This document shows positions 1 to 12,003 of a stretch of DNA of 34,137 nucleotides, in pieces. The position numbers and the translations under genes were made by a program. How positions within the stretch are numbered: position 1 is the stretch's first letter; every line of letters begins with the position of its first letter. This stretch comes from Alphaproteobacteria bacterium (GTDB lineage: Bacteria > Pseudomonadota > Alphaproteobacteria > UBA8317): contig JAYPQH010000024.1 in assembly GCA_038131935.1 (NCBI GenBank), forward strand, positions 1 through 34,137, read 5' to 3'. The notes below the pieces were generated by a model that was not told where the DNA came from, ran no database searches, and worked only from the letters and a program-made list of their open reading frames with translations.

Positions 1-2084
1 TCGTGTCTATGTCCAAAGGCACAACAATATCACTACCAAGTTCAACATTGGCGAGGCCAAATTCAACAAACAGCCCCTTATTCTCGGCAGCAATAATGAT
101 ATTCTCTAAGGCTTCATTAAATTCTGGTACACCATCATTATCCGCGTCTGAAATTAATGGCTGTATATCATCGAGAACCTCTGTGAATAATGTTTCAATG
201 TTTGGATCAGGATTGGTTTGACCTTCCTCTACACCCACAGCAACCAACAATGTTCCTGAAATAGAATTCGCGTCATAAGTTTGTAAACTATCTTGATCTG
301 TTACAAGATTGAAAAGTGGAATTTCTCCATTTGGTACATCCACCTGTACAGCAATCTTCGTATCTCTAATTTCGTATGGGACAGGCTCTCCATTGGTATT
401 TCCATCACCTTCTGGGCCAGGTCCTGACACATCAACCTTTGTAACAATTCGCAAATCATCAATTGCAAAGATATCTCGAGCAAGGTCATTTTGGGTACCA
501 ATGGTTCCGTTGTCCGCTGTCAAAGGCTCAACGAGTGTCACGGATTCAATAACCAGATCAGCTTGGGGGTCTAGCATATAAGCAAAAAATTGTTGTCCAC
601 CTTGAGGGCCTGAATCCGTTAATTCTCTGGTCACAGAAATGTTACCATTGAATCACGTAAACTGACATCTAAAAAACGTCTTGGCGACTAACGTTCCATT
701 TCCGTCAGAAACCTCATCTTCTCGACCCATAACATAGAGGCTAAAACCATAAACATCTTCATGAAATTGAAGACGGACACCACCTACGGTATTGTTACCA
801 GGCAGTATCTCCAAGTACTGGTTTCCATTTGTTGTCTGGTTGTAGCCACGATCGGCATCATTTCCAGGATGGGTGGCAATGCCTGGGTCATCACCATATA
901 CATTTGCTGAATTTGCATTGCTATCTCCCGTCTCAAAAAGATGAACAGAGAGATTACCGTCATAGTGCAAGGTACCCGATGCTGTACCACTTGCCATACT
1001 ACCAGCCTGCGCATCTGTCGACTGGCCACTCGCGGCCATATATGAAGAACCTAGACCCGCAAAATTACCAGCATTTGGTGTTTCGAAAGTATATAAGTGA
1101 TGGGTAAATCCATCTAACTCTGCTGAGGCTAAAAAACTGTTCAGTGCATTATTTGCTGAGCTATCGTTATTCGGAGCGTCAGCAACTGTATTTTCTAAAG
1201 GGAAGAACTCCGAGCGTACCGTTGTCAAACCAGTAACTTGTTGGGGACTGATATAATCGTCATCTATCGGTGGCAATTCAAAATCTAATCCTGTGTCCGT
1301 TAGCTGCAGAGGGACCAAGATCTCAGTTCCAGACATGTTGTACGTCATTGCAAAAGCAACGAACATCCCATTTGATTCCGCATCTGCGATAAGTGTTTGT
1401 AGGTCAGTAGGTGTAATCCCACCTTGCCCATCGCTTTGCATATTTATCAGTATGCGCTCGGCTGCATCCTCTAAAAAATTCGCGCTATGGGATTATTATC
1501 AGGATCCTCCGCACCCACGACCACTTTGAACGTGCCAGTCACTGATGTCTCAGTTCCAATATCCAATAAAGACCAGGTGTCTGAATCAATGTCATACTGA
1601 GGGATTGATCCGTTTACCACTGGCAGTGATACATCAATATTAGAGGGTACAATAAGTAGGTCTTCAAGGGGATCACCCAAAGTTGGGTCAACATCCAAAT
1701 TATTTTGTTCATTTACCATTAGGGGAATGACTTCCCCATCCGATAAAATATCACTTTGTAAACCTAGGTGAATCTGAAATCCATTTTCTTGTGCTGATTG
1801 CTGCAATACCGTCCAAGAATTATCAATAGTGATCACATTATTAACGTAACTGATTTTCGCTAATCCTTGATTTGCCCAGTCTTCTATATTTGGTGCATTA
1901 GAAGCTTGATCATCGGGCAATACAATCCCCACGACGGTGCCTGTGATACTATTGGAACCAGAGATATCTTCTAGCCGCGCTTCTTCTGAAATTAAATCAT
2001 AAATAGGAGACGCTGATCCGCTGACCAAGGAATCACAAGTTGATGATCACTGTAAACAGCCTTTACAAATTCTTGAATTACCAT
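1..2084 (-). CDS. Large acidic, probably surface/secreted hypothetical protein with internal repeats; frameshifted, runs off the window edge
   Basis: GGGGAG RBS-like sequence then ATG at 2084 (MVIQEFVKAVYSDHQLVIP). It joins ORFs 1471..2028 and 653..1441 via indels. Manual translation shows an open minus frame from ~650 to base 1 (FNGNISVTRELTDSGPQGGQQFFAYMLDPQADLVIES...LENIIIAAENKGLFVEFGL). D/N/G/T-rich composition. Confidence 0.6.
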
Positions 2085-2202
2085 CCCAGGCAAACTCCCC
2101 TATTTTATACTTATCTTAATGTTAACAAATTATTTTTATTAATCAAAACTAACTTCTAGTATGACAGTTTATTCTCAAACCAAAATTTGGAGACAAACCT
2201 GA

Positions 2203-3116
2203 ACAGTTGACATGATGTAATAAAAAAGCCCCCATCTTGTGGGGGCTTTCCTTATTCGATTGGCTGATAACAGTATCAGACAATGTCAAAACTGTAACTC
2301 AAACCGTCACCGTCTGACAAAATAGGCTCTGGATCCTGAGCAATATAAATGTTGGTGATATTGATTTCGACCGTACCTGTACTCTTCGGATTCAAGGTCA
2401 ATTCACCAATCTTGCCATCATTAGATGAAGACCCAAACGCATCCGTACTCGCCAGAATGTTACTTAAATCAACAGCCGGTGATTTCACGAAATTCACAAA
2501 GCCAAACGTTTCTGATGCACCCAAGGTCGAAACATCAACTGGCGCTTGGAATTCTTGTAAAACATCTCCCAACGCTGAGTTTAATGTCTGGTTAGGTATT
2601 GGATTACCACTTAACAAAACCGTCCCCTTCGTCGAGAAGGAAGCAATTTGATCGCTTCCAGTTAAGGCTTCAAACTCCTCTAAAGAGTTATAATCCAATA
2701 CAAACGTCAGTGCTGAAACAGATGTTAAATTAGGAGCCAATTCCGCAAGCTTGTCTCCATCAACTCGTACATCAAGAACAAGTTCATCTGCTGTCGCTGT
2801 TTGTGCTTCCAGAATTAACCATGATGTCTCAACCGCCTTCGCTGAAACCTTAGCCGTTGCATCACTGCTCTTTGACTCTAACGTACCACGTTGATCCGTA
2901 AAGGATACATCAACACTAATTGTTTTACCAACTTCTGATGACGTCAAAACATACGTCGAAGATGTTGCACCTTCTATCGCTGTTCCATCTGCTGACCACT
3001 GGTAAGACAATGCTCCCAATCCATCCGCATCAGATAGATCATTCGTTGCTGTCAACTCAGAACCTTCTACAACATCTCCGCCTATACTTACCGTCCCGGT
3101 AACTGGGTTGTTGGGG
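2203..3116. repeat. Long direct repeat, left copy (~914 bp); right copy at 29497..30408
   Basis: Both copies begin acagttgacatgatgtaataaaaa(a)gcccccatcttgtgggg(g)ctttccttattcg and end gtaactgggttgttgggg, with few substitutions in between. Confidence 0.95.
2222..2249. terminator. Rho-independent terminator, bidirectional type, downstream of the giant lipoprotein gene
   Basis: aaaaaagccccca-tcttg-tgggggcttt hairpin; A-run on the left gives a U-tract for the minus-strand transcript. Confidence 0.85.
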
Positions 3117-6100
3117 AGCTCCATCACAAAATAGAGGCTATTGCTTACATCCACATCATTCCATGAACCAGCATCACCATATCCTGCTCCAGCATCAAAA
3201 CCTGCTGGCCAATTTTCTAGCCCGAGAGCAAGGCCATCTTGGTTTTGGTAATTATCTGGTTCGCTTCCTAATGATCCAGAGCCCCATTGTGGGTTGTTGG
3301 TAGCTAGGCTTTCACCACTCTCCCATACCCAAGTTCCTTCTTGTGCAATATCGTTAGCACCAAGCCAGACATATTTTGCACCACCACCATCTGAAGCTGT
3401 AGGAACATTCAAGCCTTCATCTGCAACAACTTTTTGAACCGCATCATAGAAACCTGTTACTTTTCCTGCTGTTTCAAAAGTAGCCAGCTCTTGGTCAAAG
3501 GATGCTGCGTAACTTACCGCATCAGCGTAACTCTTAGCTTGCGCAACAAGAACGTAATCATTGTTACCCACAGAGAAACTGTGATGGGTTGCATCTACAA
3601 CACTCAACACTGTGTCTGTTGCAGTACTCACCACCTGCTCTTCAACATCAAGGCCATCAACATAGGAGACGATGGCTGTGATGTTTTTACCCACCTCATT
3701 AGCCGTCAAAACATAGGTTGAAGATGTTGCACCTTCGATTTCTGTTCCATCTGCCGCCCACTGATAAGACAAGTCTCCTAATCCATCTGCATCCTGCAGA
3801 TCTTGATTGATCGATAACGTCTCACCAACAATAGCATTTCCAGTAATTGTCACTGTGCCTGATGGGGGTGCATTGTCACGAACAGCGTCAGTCCCCGCGC
3901 TAACCAAAACCTCAGACGTTCCACCTTGGTCTGTATAGCTTACTTGAACTGTGATCACCGTACCTAAATCAACCGATGAAGGAGTGTAGGTAGCAGAAAC
4001 AGCATCTTGGATTGCATTTCCATCGGAATACCACTGGTAGTTAAACGCACCAAGGCCATCTAAATCCTGCACATTGGTCGTGTTCGCCTCAAGCGTTACC
4101 CCAAGTGCCGCTGTACCATCAATAACAACACTACCAGATGGATCATCATTAACATTTATGACGGCTGCGGTCGGGGAACTTAGGATCGATTCTTCAGATC
4201 CAAATCCGTCCGTAAAAGATGCCTCCACAGAGATCACCTTACCAACCTCATCTTGTGTCATTTGATAGGAATTGGATGTTGCATCCTCAATTACGTTATC
4301 ATCAGCATACCATGTTAACGTAATGTCACCCAATCCATCTTGATCATCTATGGATGCAATATCCACATGAACAACATCACCCTGGCTCAGAGCCAAACTT
4401 GCCTCTGTGCTTGCTTCGAAATGAACAAGGTTATCGATATAGACTGTATCCCCTGCTGCTTCGCCCAAAAAGTCATAGAAAATACTAAGTTTATCATATG
4501 TGTATGACGCGTCGAATGGCGTGGTCGCATGCTGCGCAAAGTCAAATGTTAACGTCTCCCAGCCATCTACAACTGTATTGGTGACGTCAGTCTCAACATA
4601 TTTTGTGTTATCACTGCTATCTTCTAACTTTGCACGAATGGTGACACCCGATTTTGGCGCATATACATCCAACTGCAACGTCTTACTAACAGATGAAATA
4701 AATGCACCCGCATCCAATGTCTTGATTGTTGCCCCAGCCCAGGGCTGAGCTCCAACGGGCTTTGTGATGGCCAGAATGCTTCCACCGTTGTCCTCGGTCA
4801 TCGCCACATTATCTGAAATCAACTCAGCGGTAGCGCCTTCAAATGCAACCCCTGTGAATTCTCCAAATTTGTCAACTTTTTCGACACCCAAACCAACTTG
4901 ACCAGTTGCTGGATCATTAACATTGGCCACCAAAGATGTCTCGGCACTTGTTACAGTTTCAGATGTCCCTTGTGAGTCTGTATATGAGACAACTACCTTA
5001 ACTGTTTTACCAACAGCATCCTGTGCCAATAGAAGTGATGATGATGTAGCACCCTCTATCGCACTGTCGTCAGCATACCACTGATAAGATAGTTCTCCCA
5101 AACCGTCTGCATCGCTTAGGCCTTCGGTACTGGCTTGAAGTGTTTCTCCTTCTTTAACATCACCAACAATTGTGACGTCACCAACCGGGTTGTCATTTAC
5201 GTTTTCAACGGCTGTAAGTTGAGTCGCAGACACATTCTCAACTTTTCCCAGTCCATCTTTGTAAGAAACATTAAGGGTAATTTTTTTGCCAACTTGATCC
5301 TGGCTGAGAGATAATGTTTTGCCATTGGCATCAGCAATATCTGCGCCATCAGCCTGCCATTGATAACTCAACGCTCCGATTTCATCCAAATCTACAAGAG
5401 CTGATGTATCTGCAGTTAATACTTCACCTTGCTTAGCTGTACCGCTAATTTTGACATCACCAGAGGGTGCGGCATTAAGCAAAACATTGACATCCATGGT
5501 TGTTACTTTACCCGCATCATCCGTAGCATGTGCAAACACATAGTAACTACCCGGAGCGCTTGCCGCTTCTATGGAAGCAAATGACAGGACACCTGTCTCT
5601 CCATCAATAACAAACAAATCCTTGTCTTTACCCGAAATAGAATACGTCAACACACCGCCTTCTGGATCTGTTGCGGAAACAGTTCCAACAAAAAGAGCTG
5701 TATCTGCACCAAATGATGAAGATGTGTTGCCACCAAAATCAATTGTATCTGCGGTATCAAAGGTGAGCGTTGTTGCCGCAACTGTTATGTTATCTGGCGC
5801 GGCATCTTTCGTCTCTGTCACAGCTTTTGAGAAGCTTAGGTCATCGAAGTAATAAACATCTCCTGTCCCAACATTCCCAAAGTCAAAGAAGACACTGGCT
5901 TTGTCATAATTATGAGCTTCAACCTGGGCAGCAAAGTTAAAGCTTAGGGTCTCCCAACCATTCGCAACCGTGGTGACAGCATCAACCTCAACAAAAATGA
6001 TACCGTTCTGCTACTGTCCTCAAGCTTCAACCGTACCGTCTTACCAGCCTCAGGTGCATAAACCCTTAAGCTTACTTCTGTGTCACCAGATGATACAAAT

Positions 6101-8401
6101 TCTCCGTCTGTGAGTGTTGAGATTGTTGTGCCAGCCCATACGTCTCTGCACCTCTGCTTTTGTTACCTTTGACAATTTTACCAGTTGCACCTGCTGGTCC
6201 AGAATTATCCTCAACAAAGGCTGAAACATTTCCTCCAAAATCAACATGATCTCCGCCAAAATCACCAGCAACGGATGCTTCCAAATCAAACACTGTCGGG
6301 GTTAGTGTAACAGTTGTCTCTGTTTCTTCAGACGGTACAGTCGCTTTTGAGAAGCTTAGGTCATCGAAATAATAAACATCTCCTGTCCCAACATTTCCAA
6401 AGTCAAAGAAAACACTAGCTTTATCATAATTATGAGTCTCAACCTGCTTGCAGCAAAATCAAAGCTTAAGGTCTCCCAACCATTTCGCAACCGTGGTGAC
6501 AGCATCAACCTCAACAAAAATAGTATTGTTACTGCTACTGTCCTCAAGCTTCAACCGTACCGTCTTACCAGCCTCAGGTGCATAAACTCTTAAGCTTACT
6601 TCTGTGTCACCAGATGATACAAATTCTCCGTCTGTGAGTGTTGAGATTGTTGTGCCAGCCCATACCTCTGCACCCCCTCTGCTTTTGTAACCTTGACAAT
6701 TTTACCAGTTGCACCCGCTGGTCCAGAATTATCCTCAATTAAGGCTGAAACATTTCCTCCAAAATCAACATGATCTCCGCCAAAATCACCAGCAACGGAT
6801 GCTTCCAAATCAAGCACTGTCGGGGTTAGTGTAACAGTTGTCTCTGTTTCTTCAGATGGTACAGTCGCTTTTGAAAAGCGTAGATCATCGAAATAATAAA
6901 CATCTCCTGTCCCAACATTCCCAAAGTCAAAAAAGACATTGATTTTGTCATATTGAAACGCATCATTAAATGCCGCTGTTCCAGCTGCTTGATTAGAAAA
7001 ATCAAAGCTAAGTGTCTCCCAATCATTCGCAACCGTGGTAACAGCGTCAACTTCCACAGACCTTGATGGATCTGTGCTATCTTCAACCTTAAGCCTTACT
7101 GTCTTACCTGCAGCAGGCGCATAGACCTTCAAGGTCACAACCTTATCTTCCGACGATATGAATGATCCATCCGATAAGGTCGTGATCGTTGTACCAGCCC
7201 ATGTCTCAGCACTGGACTCTTTCGTTACCTTTACAATGTTACCTGTTGTACCATCATGAAGTTCTGCTACGAACATACGCATGTCACTATTGGTAATTGC
7301 CATTGCCTTAGGAGACTTGTTGGCAAGCCATGCACTCGTTGCCGTATCATCTGCAAAAGACAATGAAACCGCTTCATCAGGCTTCTCAACAGCAGCTTTA
7401 ACAGCTTGTGCAACCTGTGAACTAAGCTCACCACCTAGTTTAGACGCCTCTGCAAAATCTTCATTATTCAACCCACCTGAGTTTGGGTCTGCAGCAATTT
7501 CATCTGTTTTTTGCTGGAGGGTCTTTGTGATATTTGCAAGTGCTTTTTCTGTTTCAACAACTGTCTTTTCAAGAGCTCCAAGGCTTTCATCTGTTAGTTG
7601 CAAAGCAGCTTTATTTGCTGCCACATTGGTTGTGATTTTGGTTGCCACCTTACCTGCCAAGGAAACATCAGCTTCAGTGCTCGTAAAATCGAGGACACCT
7701 CCACCACCTTCTTTTTTGGCCTCATCGGCAACCACTTCCACCACAGCATTGATGGCAAGCCCCAATGCTTGTGACTGGTCAACCCCAGCCTCCGTCACCA
7801 TCGTGGAGTAGGTGGAAATCGTATTAGAGATATGGTTTGCAACCGCAGCGACTTTGACCTTAGCCTCATCAGAGGCAACATTATTCGCATCGTAAGGGTT
7901 AAAGGTTTTCAATTCCTCTGCGGTAACCAGCCCATCTAATCCAAGCGCTTTGAGCACTGCATCCTCTGAAACGCCCCCTTCAACCAATGTTGTAACAGGT
8001 GTCACGACATCATAACCCGCTGGCGCTTTAAGGGTTAGATTTCCGACCGGTTTATTTTTTGAAGTGTCGATAGTTAGCTCATCCGCTTGAACCATGATGA
8101 CGCGCTGTTCGAAACCCTCTGGCGCCTCAAAATCAAAGTTACCATTTGCATCAGTGCGTGCATAAATTTCATCGCCTGTGAGGTTTCCGTCACCGTCTAA
8201 GTCAAAACCAACCTTGGCATTCTTCAAAGGTCCGTTCACCGCTGAACCATCGATGGTTGTTGTTGGCGCCTCTCCTTGGACGGCACCACCGCCTCCGCCA
8301 CAAGCAGCCAGGAGCAACGTACTTAATGTTGTTGTGGATAGGGCTGTTTTCTTTTTCTTGATCAGGTCAAAATATGATGTGGTCTGAAATTGATAGGTCA
8401 T
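2276..8401 (-). CDS. Giant (~2040 aa) multidomain surface lipoprotein: lipobox, N-terminal and helical stalk region, 3 tandem CBM-like domains, cadherin-like domain, 6 Ig-like repeats, a 4th CBM-like domain, C-type lectin, C-terminal cohesin-like domain; frameshifted in the repeat array
   Basis: ATG at 8401 after AGGGAG, signal KKKKTALSTTTLSTLLLAA-CGGGG. ORFs 6596..8467 and 2276..5821 are bridged by frameshifted copies of the same repeat. Motifs: VSATDPEG (cadherin), DxDGLG..YQWxADG repeats, VWLGAND..EG.W.W..EPDN..WND (C-type lectin). Confidence 0.75.
5823..7255 (-). repeat. Intragenic tandem repeat of a CBM-like module: units ~5823-6342, ~6343-6866 and a partial ~6867-7255
   Basis: gcttttga(g/a)aagc...tcatcgaa(g/a)taataaacatctcctgtcccaacatt recurs at 5823, 6343 and 6867 (period ~520 bp). 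Confidence 0.9.
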
Positions 8402-8470
8402 GATGCGTTCCCTACTCCCTGGTTTTTTGCTTGCTTTCCAACTCTTGTGCAGTGATTGATCGCACAATTA

Positions 8471-8484
8471 TGTAAGCGGTTTCA
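8471..8484. promoter_or_regulatory. Putative LacI-family operator (imperfect) upstream of the giant lipoprotein
   Basis: TGTAAGCGGTTTCA, one mismatch to the TGWAAGCGCTTWCA seen four more times; 70 bp upstream of the ATG at 8401. Confidence 0.7.
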
Positions 8485-8588
8485 TAACAATGATAATTAA
8501 CATTTTATTTAGTATAGTCAACGTAGCTATGATAGACAATATTTGCCATTGGATATTGCAAAGTCTACCCTATTCAAAATTGTACTGC

Positions 8589-9545
8589 TTATTTGCGGAG
8601 ATGTTGAAGCAAAAAGGCCATAGCACCTTTCAGTCCAAGATCATGGTCTTTGATCAGGAAAATAGGAATATTGGACATAAAGGCCGACGGTGATGCTTCG
8701 AGTTCAAATGTTTCTCGGAAGGTTTGTGCAGGAAATTGTGGAGACAAACGCGCAATCATACCACCTGACAGATATACTTGTCCTCTAGCTCCTGATGTTA
8801 GGATAGAGTTTCGGATCACACGGGCTAAGAAGCGCGTGAATACCTCCACACAATGGAGCACATTAACATCATTTTGATAATACATCTCAAGGAGTTCACT
8901 AGCCGATCTGCCCTTATCGGATGGAGAATAATATGCATATAATCTCTCCAATCCCACACCAGACAGTACATCCTCTACCCTTATGAAAGACCGCCCAAGG
9001 CTTTGCTGTAAATATTTAAGAAGTGCCATTTCCTCATCATTTTGAACGGGAAGTGATGCATGACCGCCCTCAGTTACGGTCACGGTAATTTGTCCGTGGT
9101 TGTCAATGAAATGAGCCATACCCAAACCAGTCCCCGCGCCAACAACCAATCCTGGGAAATTTGTGTCAATCTGACCCTCCATAATTTGGTCAACGGTATT
9201 TTTGTCCAAAACACCAATACCAAAGGCTTGGGCTTCAAAGTCATTGATTAAGTAAACATCTCTGAGACCCAATATCGACCTCAATTTTTCTTGGTTGCAT
9301 ACCCATGGGCTGTTGGAAAAAGATACCTCACCGTGAATCACAGGACCTGCCACGGCAAAACAAGCTGCATCCAAATCGACGCGTTGCTGGTCTAAATATG
9401 CTCTTAAAGCAACATATAATGAGGGATAATCTTTCACCGCAAATGTTGTCGCGCCAATCAGGGTTTTCCTATCATCAAAAAGCGCGAAACGAGCATGCGT
9501 ACCACCCACATCAGCAATGAGCTTTTTTGTTGTTGTCACGACCAA
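8589..9545 (-). CDS. glk: Glucokinase (E. coli Glk type)
   Basis: ADVGGTHARF, AVAGPV, INDFEA, GAGTGLG, EGGH motifs. Confidence 0.95.
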   Translation of the reverse strand: MVVTTTKKLIADVGGTHARFALFDDRKTLIGATTFAVKDYPSLYVALRAYLDQQRVDLDAACFAVAGPVIHGEVSFSNSPWVCNQEKLRSILGLRDVYLINDFEAQAFGIGVLDKNTVDQIMEGQIDTNFPGLVVGAGTGLGMAHFIDNHGQITVTVTEGGHASLPVQNDEEMALLKYLQQSLGRSFIRVEDVLSGVGLERLYAYYSPSDKGRSASELLEMYYQNDVNVLHCVEVFTRFLARVIRNSILTSGARGQVYLSGGMIARLSPQFPAQTFRETFELEASPSAFMSNIPIFLIKDHDLGLKGAMAFLLQHLRK

Positions 9546-9556
9546 ATGCTCCTAGA

Positions 9557-10186
9557 TCACTGACGTATAGCAGGCATCCGCAGCTTGATATAATCATCTA
9601 ACGCAGCAGCTGTGGGATAATTTTTAGATTGAAAGTTACCAAGCCAGCTACCACCGACACAAATAACTTGGGGCAAGGCTAGCCAAGCCTCTGTATTTTC
9701 TGCAGTTATACCACCAGTCGGGCAGAACTTAATATCTGGCAGTGGACCCGAAACGCTTTTCAAAAAATCTATACCACCTGACGCTTCGGCAGGAAAAAAC
9801 TTCTGTATACGGAAACCCTTATCCCACAATGACATCATTTCCGATGCGGTAGAGGCCCCCGGCAACCATGGGAATTTACTGTTCGAAAATGTTGTAATCA
9901 GATCATCGGTAGCACCAGGTGACACACCAAACTTCGCTCCACTATTCTGGACGTCTTGAGCCTCACCAACCGTTCTAATCGTTCCAACACCGACCACCAT
10001 TTCTGGTAAGCGCGTGGCTATGGCCTCAACACAAGATAGCGCGCCAGGCGTTCGTAATGTCCATTCAACCGCTGTGATATTACAACGCAAGAGAGCTTCG
10101 CATAGCTGCAAAGAAAATTTCACATTGTCTCCGGTGATGATGGGAAGACAAGAAATGGGCTCAAGAAATTCTAAAATTTTTGTCAT
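9557..10186 (-). CDS. eda: KDPG/KHG aldolase
   Basis: EWTLRT, VGVGT, FGVSPG, KFFPAEASGG, FCPTGGI. Start reassigned to MTKILEFL just after the edd stop. Confidence 0.95.
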   Translation of the reverse strand: MTKILEFLEPISCLPIITGDNVKFSLQLCEALLRCNITAVEWTLRTPGALSCVEAIATRLPEMVVGVGTIRTVGEAQDVQNSGAKFGVSPGATDDLITTFSNSKFPWLPGASTASEMMSLWDKGFRIQKFFPAEASGGIDFLKSVSGPLPDIKFCPTGGITAENTEAWLALPQVICVGGSWLGNFQSKNYPTAAALDDYIKLRMPAIRQ

Positions 10187-10187
10187 T

Positions 10188-12003
10188 TTAAAGGAATCCA
10201 CCTCCTCGCTCAGCATCAAAACTTTGGGCTTTGAGCCTCTGGAAAAGAGCCCGACCAAATGTTCTTTCATCCACAAATGGATTTTTTGAATGCCCCTCCA
10301 TCCCACGCAAAGGGAGAGACATCAAACCTACCTTTTTCAGCGTCGATGGTAATTCTATCACCGTCACAGATACGGCCTATCACACCATCTGCAAGTGCCT
10401 CAGGTTGCACATGAATAACAGACAATATGGATCCGGATGCTCCCGATAGCCTTCCATCTGTTACCAACGCAACTTTCTGGCCTCTTTTTCTAAGGGCAGA
10501 AAGCATGGGCATAAGCCCATGAAGCTCAGGCATTCCATTTGCTTTTGGTCCTTGCTGCCGTAATACAATCACTAGGTCACCTGAAAGAATGCCCTTTTCA
10601 AAGGCATCTTTAAATTCATTCCCATTATCGAACACCCTTGCTGGTGCATCGATAGTACGGTCTTCCAAAGGCACCGCTGAAATTTTTGTCACCGCCGACC
10701 CTAGATTTCCACGTATAATTTTCAACCCACCCATCGATGCAAATGGTTCCTTAGCGGGACGCAATACGGAAAGGTTTGAGGAGGCTTCATCAACCTCTTT
10801 CCACTGCAAGCTATGAGATTGAAGCGTTGGGGTCTTTAACTCTTCTAGAAGAGTTGAACCCCAGGCTGTAGCCGCATGTCCATCAAGCAAACCTTCGAGA
10901 TACAATTCGCGTGCGACAAAGTTCACACCACCTGCTTCATGGAAGTCATTAATATCACATGTCCCATTTGGATATATGGCTGCAAGCTGGGGTAATATCT
11001 GAGAGGTCTTCAAAGTCATCCCATGTCACATGCCAACCTGCCGCAGCAGCCATAGCAGGAATGTGGAGGGTATGGTTTGTCGAACCCCTGTAGCATGAAG
11101 TGCTACAATAGCATTGACGATATTCTTTTCCGTCACAGCATAGCCAATACCATTTTTTTCTGTATTCAATCTTGCACAATGAAGGATCTTCTTGACAGCA
11201 TCAGCAGTTAGGGCGTGACGAAGGTCCTCTATGGGGTGAACAAAAGATGAACCAGGCAGCTGCATGCCCATCAACTCCATCACAATTTGATTGGAGTTGG
11301 CCGTACCATAAAAGGTACATGTTCCAATATCATGATAAGCACTTGCCTCGGATTGCATAAGTTCTGCCCGGCCAACTTTCCCCTCAACAAACTGTCGCCT
11401 CACATCTGCTTTTTCTTGGTTCCCAATCCCCGTTGACATGGGACCAGCGGGAATAAAAATGGTTGGCAAATGACCAAATTGGAGCGCTCCAATCATTAAA
11501 CCTGGAACAATTTTATCGCAAATCCCCAGTAAAATGACGGCGTCATATACGTTATGTGACAGACCAACAGCAGTAGCCAGCGCGATCACATCCCGGCTCA
11601 GCAAAGATAGCTCCATGCCTGCGCGTCCTTGTGTGACACCATCACACATAGCTGGCACACCGCCAGCAACCTGAGCGGTAGCGCCCTCAGATCTTGCAAG
11701 TGAGCGGATAAGAGAAGGATAGGATTCGTAGGGTTTGTGGGCTGAAAGCATATCATTATATGCGGTTATGATGCCCATATTGAGCACATGCTGCCCTCCA
11801 AGACCAAGAATATTGTTCTTATCCTGACCCGCGCCCGCCGCAACATGCGCGAGGTTAGAGCATGAAATTGTACGACGGTCATTATCTTGACTCATGGCCA
11901 TGCGCTCGAGATCTTCTAAATATGCTGCGCGGGACTTCAGACTGCGCTGCACAATTCTATTCTGAACGTCTTGTATTCTCTCATGAAGATGTTTTTGGTT
12001 CAT
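10188..12003 (-). CDS. edd: 6-phosphogluconate dehydratase (frameshifted near ~11090 and ~10300)
   Basis: YNDMLSAH, GVPAMCDG, GICDKIVPG, GTCTFYGTAN, GPKANGMPELH, TDGRLSGAS. The true C-terminus (FGRALFQRL...AERGGGFL*) is in a shifted frame ending at 10188. Confidence 0.93.

Noticed and set aside
5823-7255. Tandem repeats as a CRISPR array or non-coding repeat
   Set aside because: The period is ~520 bp, the units encode protein domains, and there is no repeat-spacer structure or cas gene.
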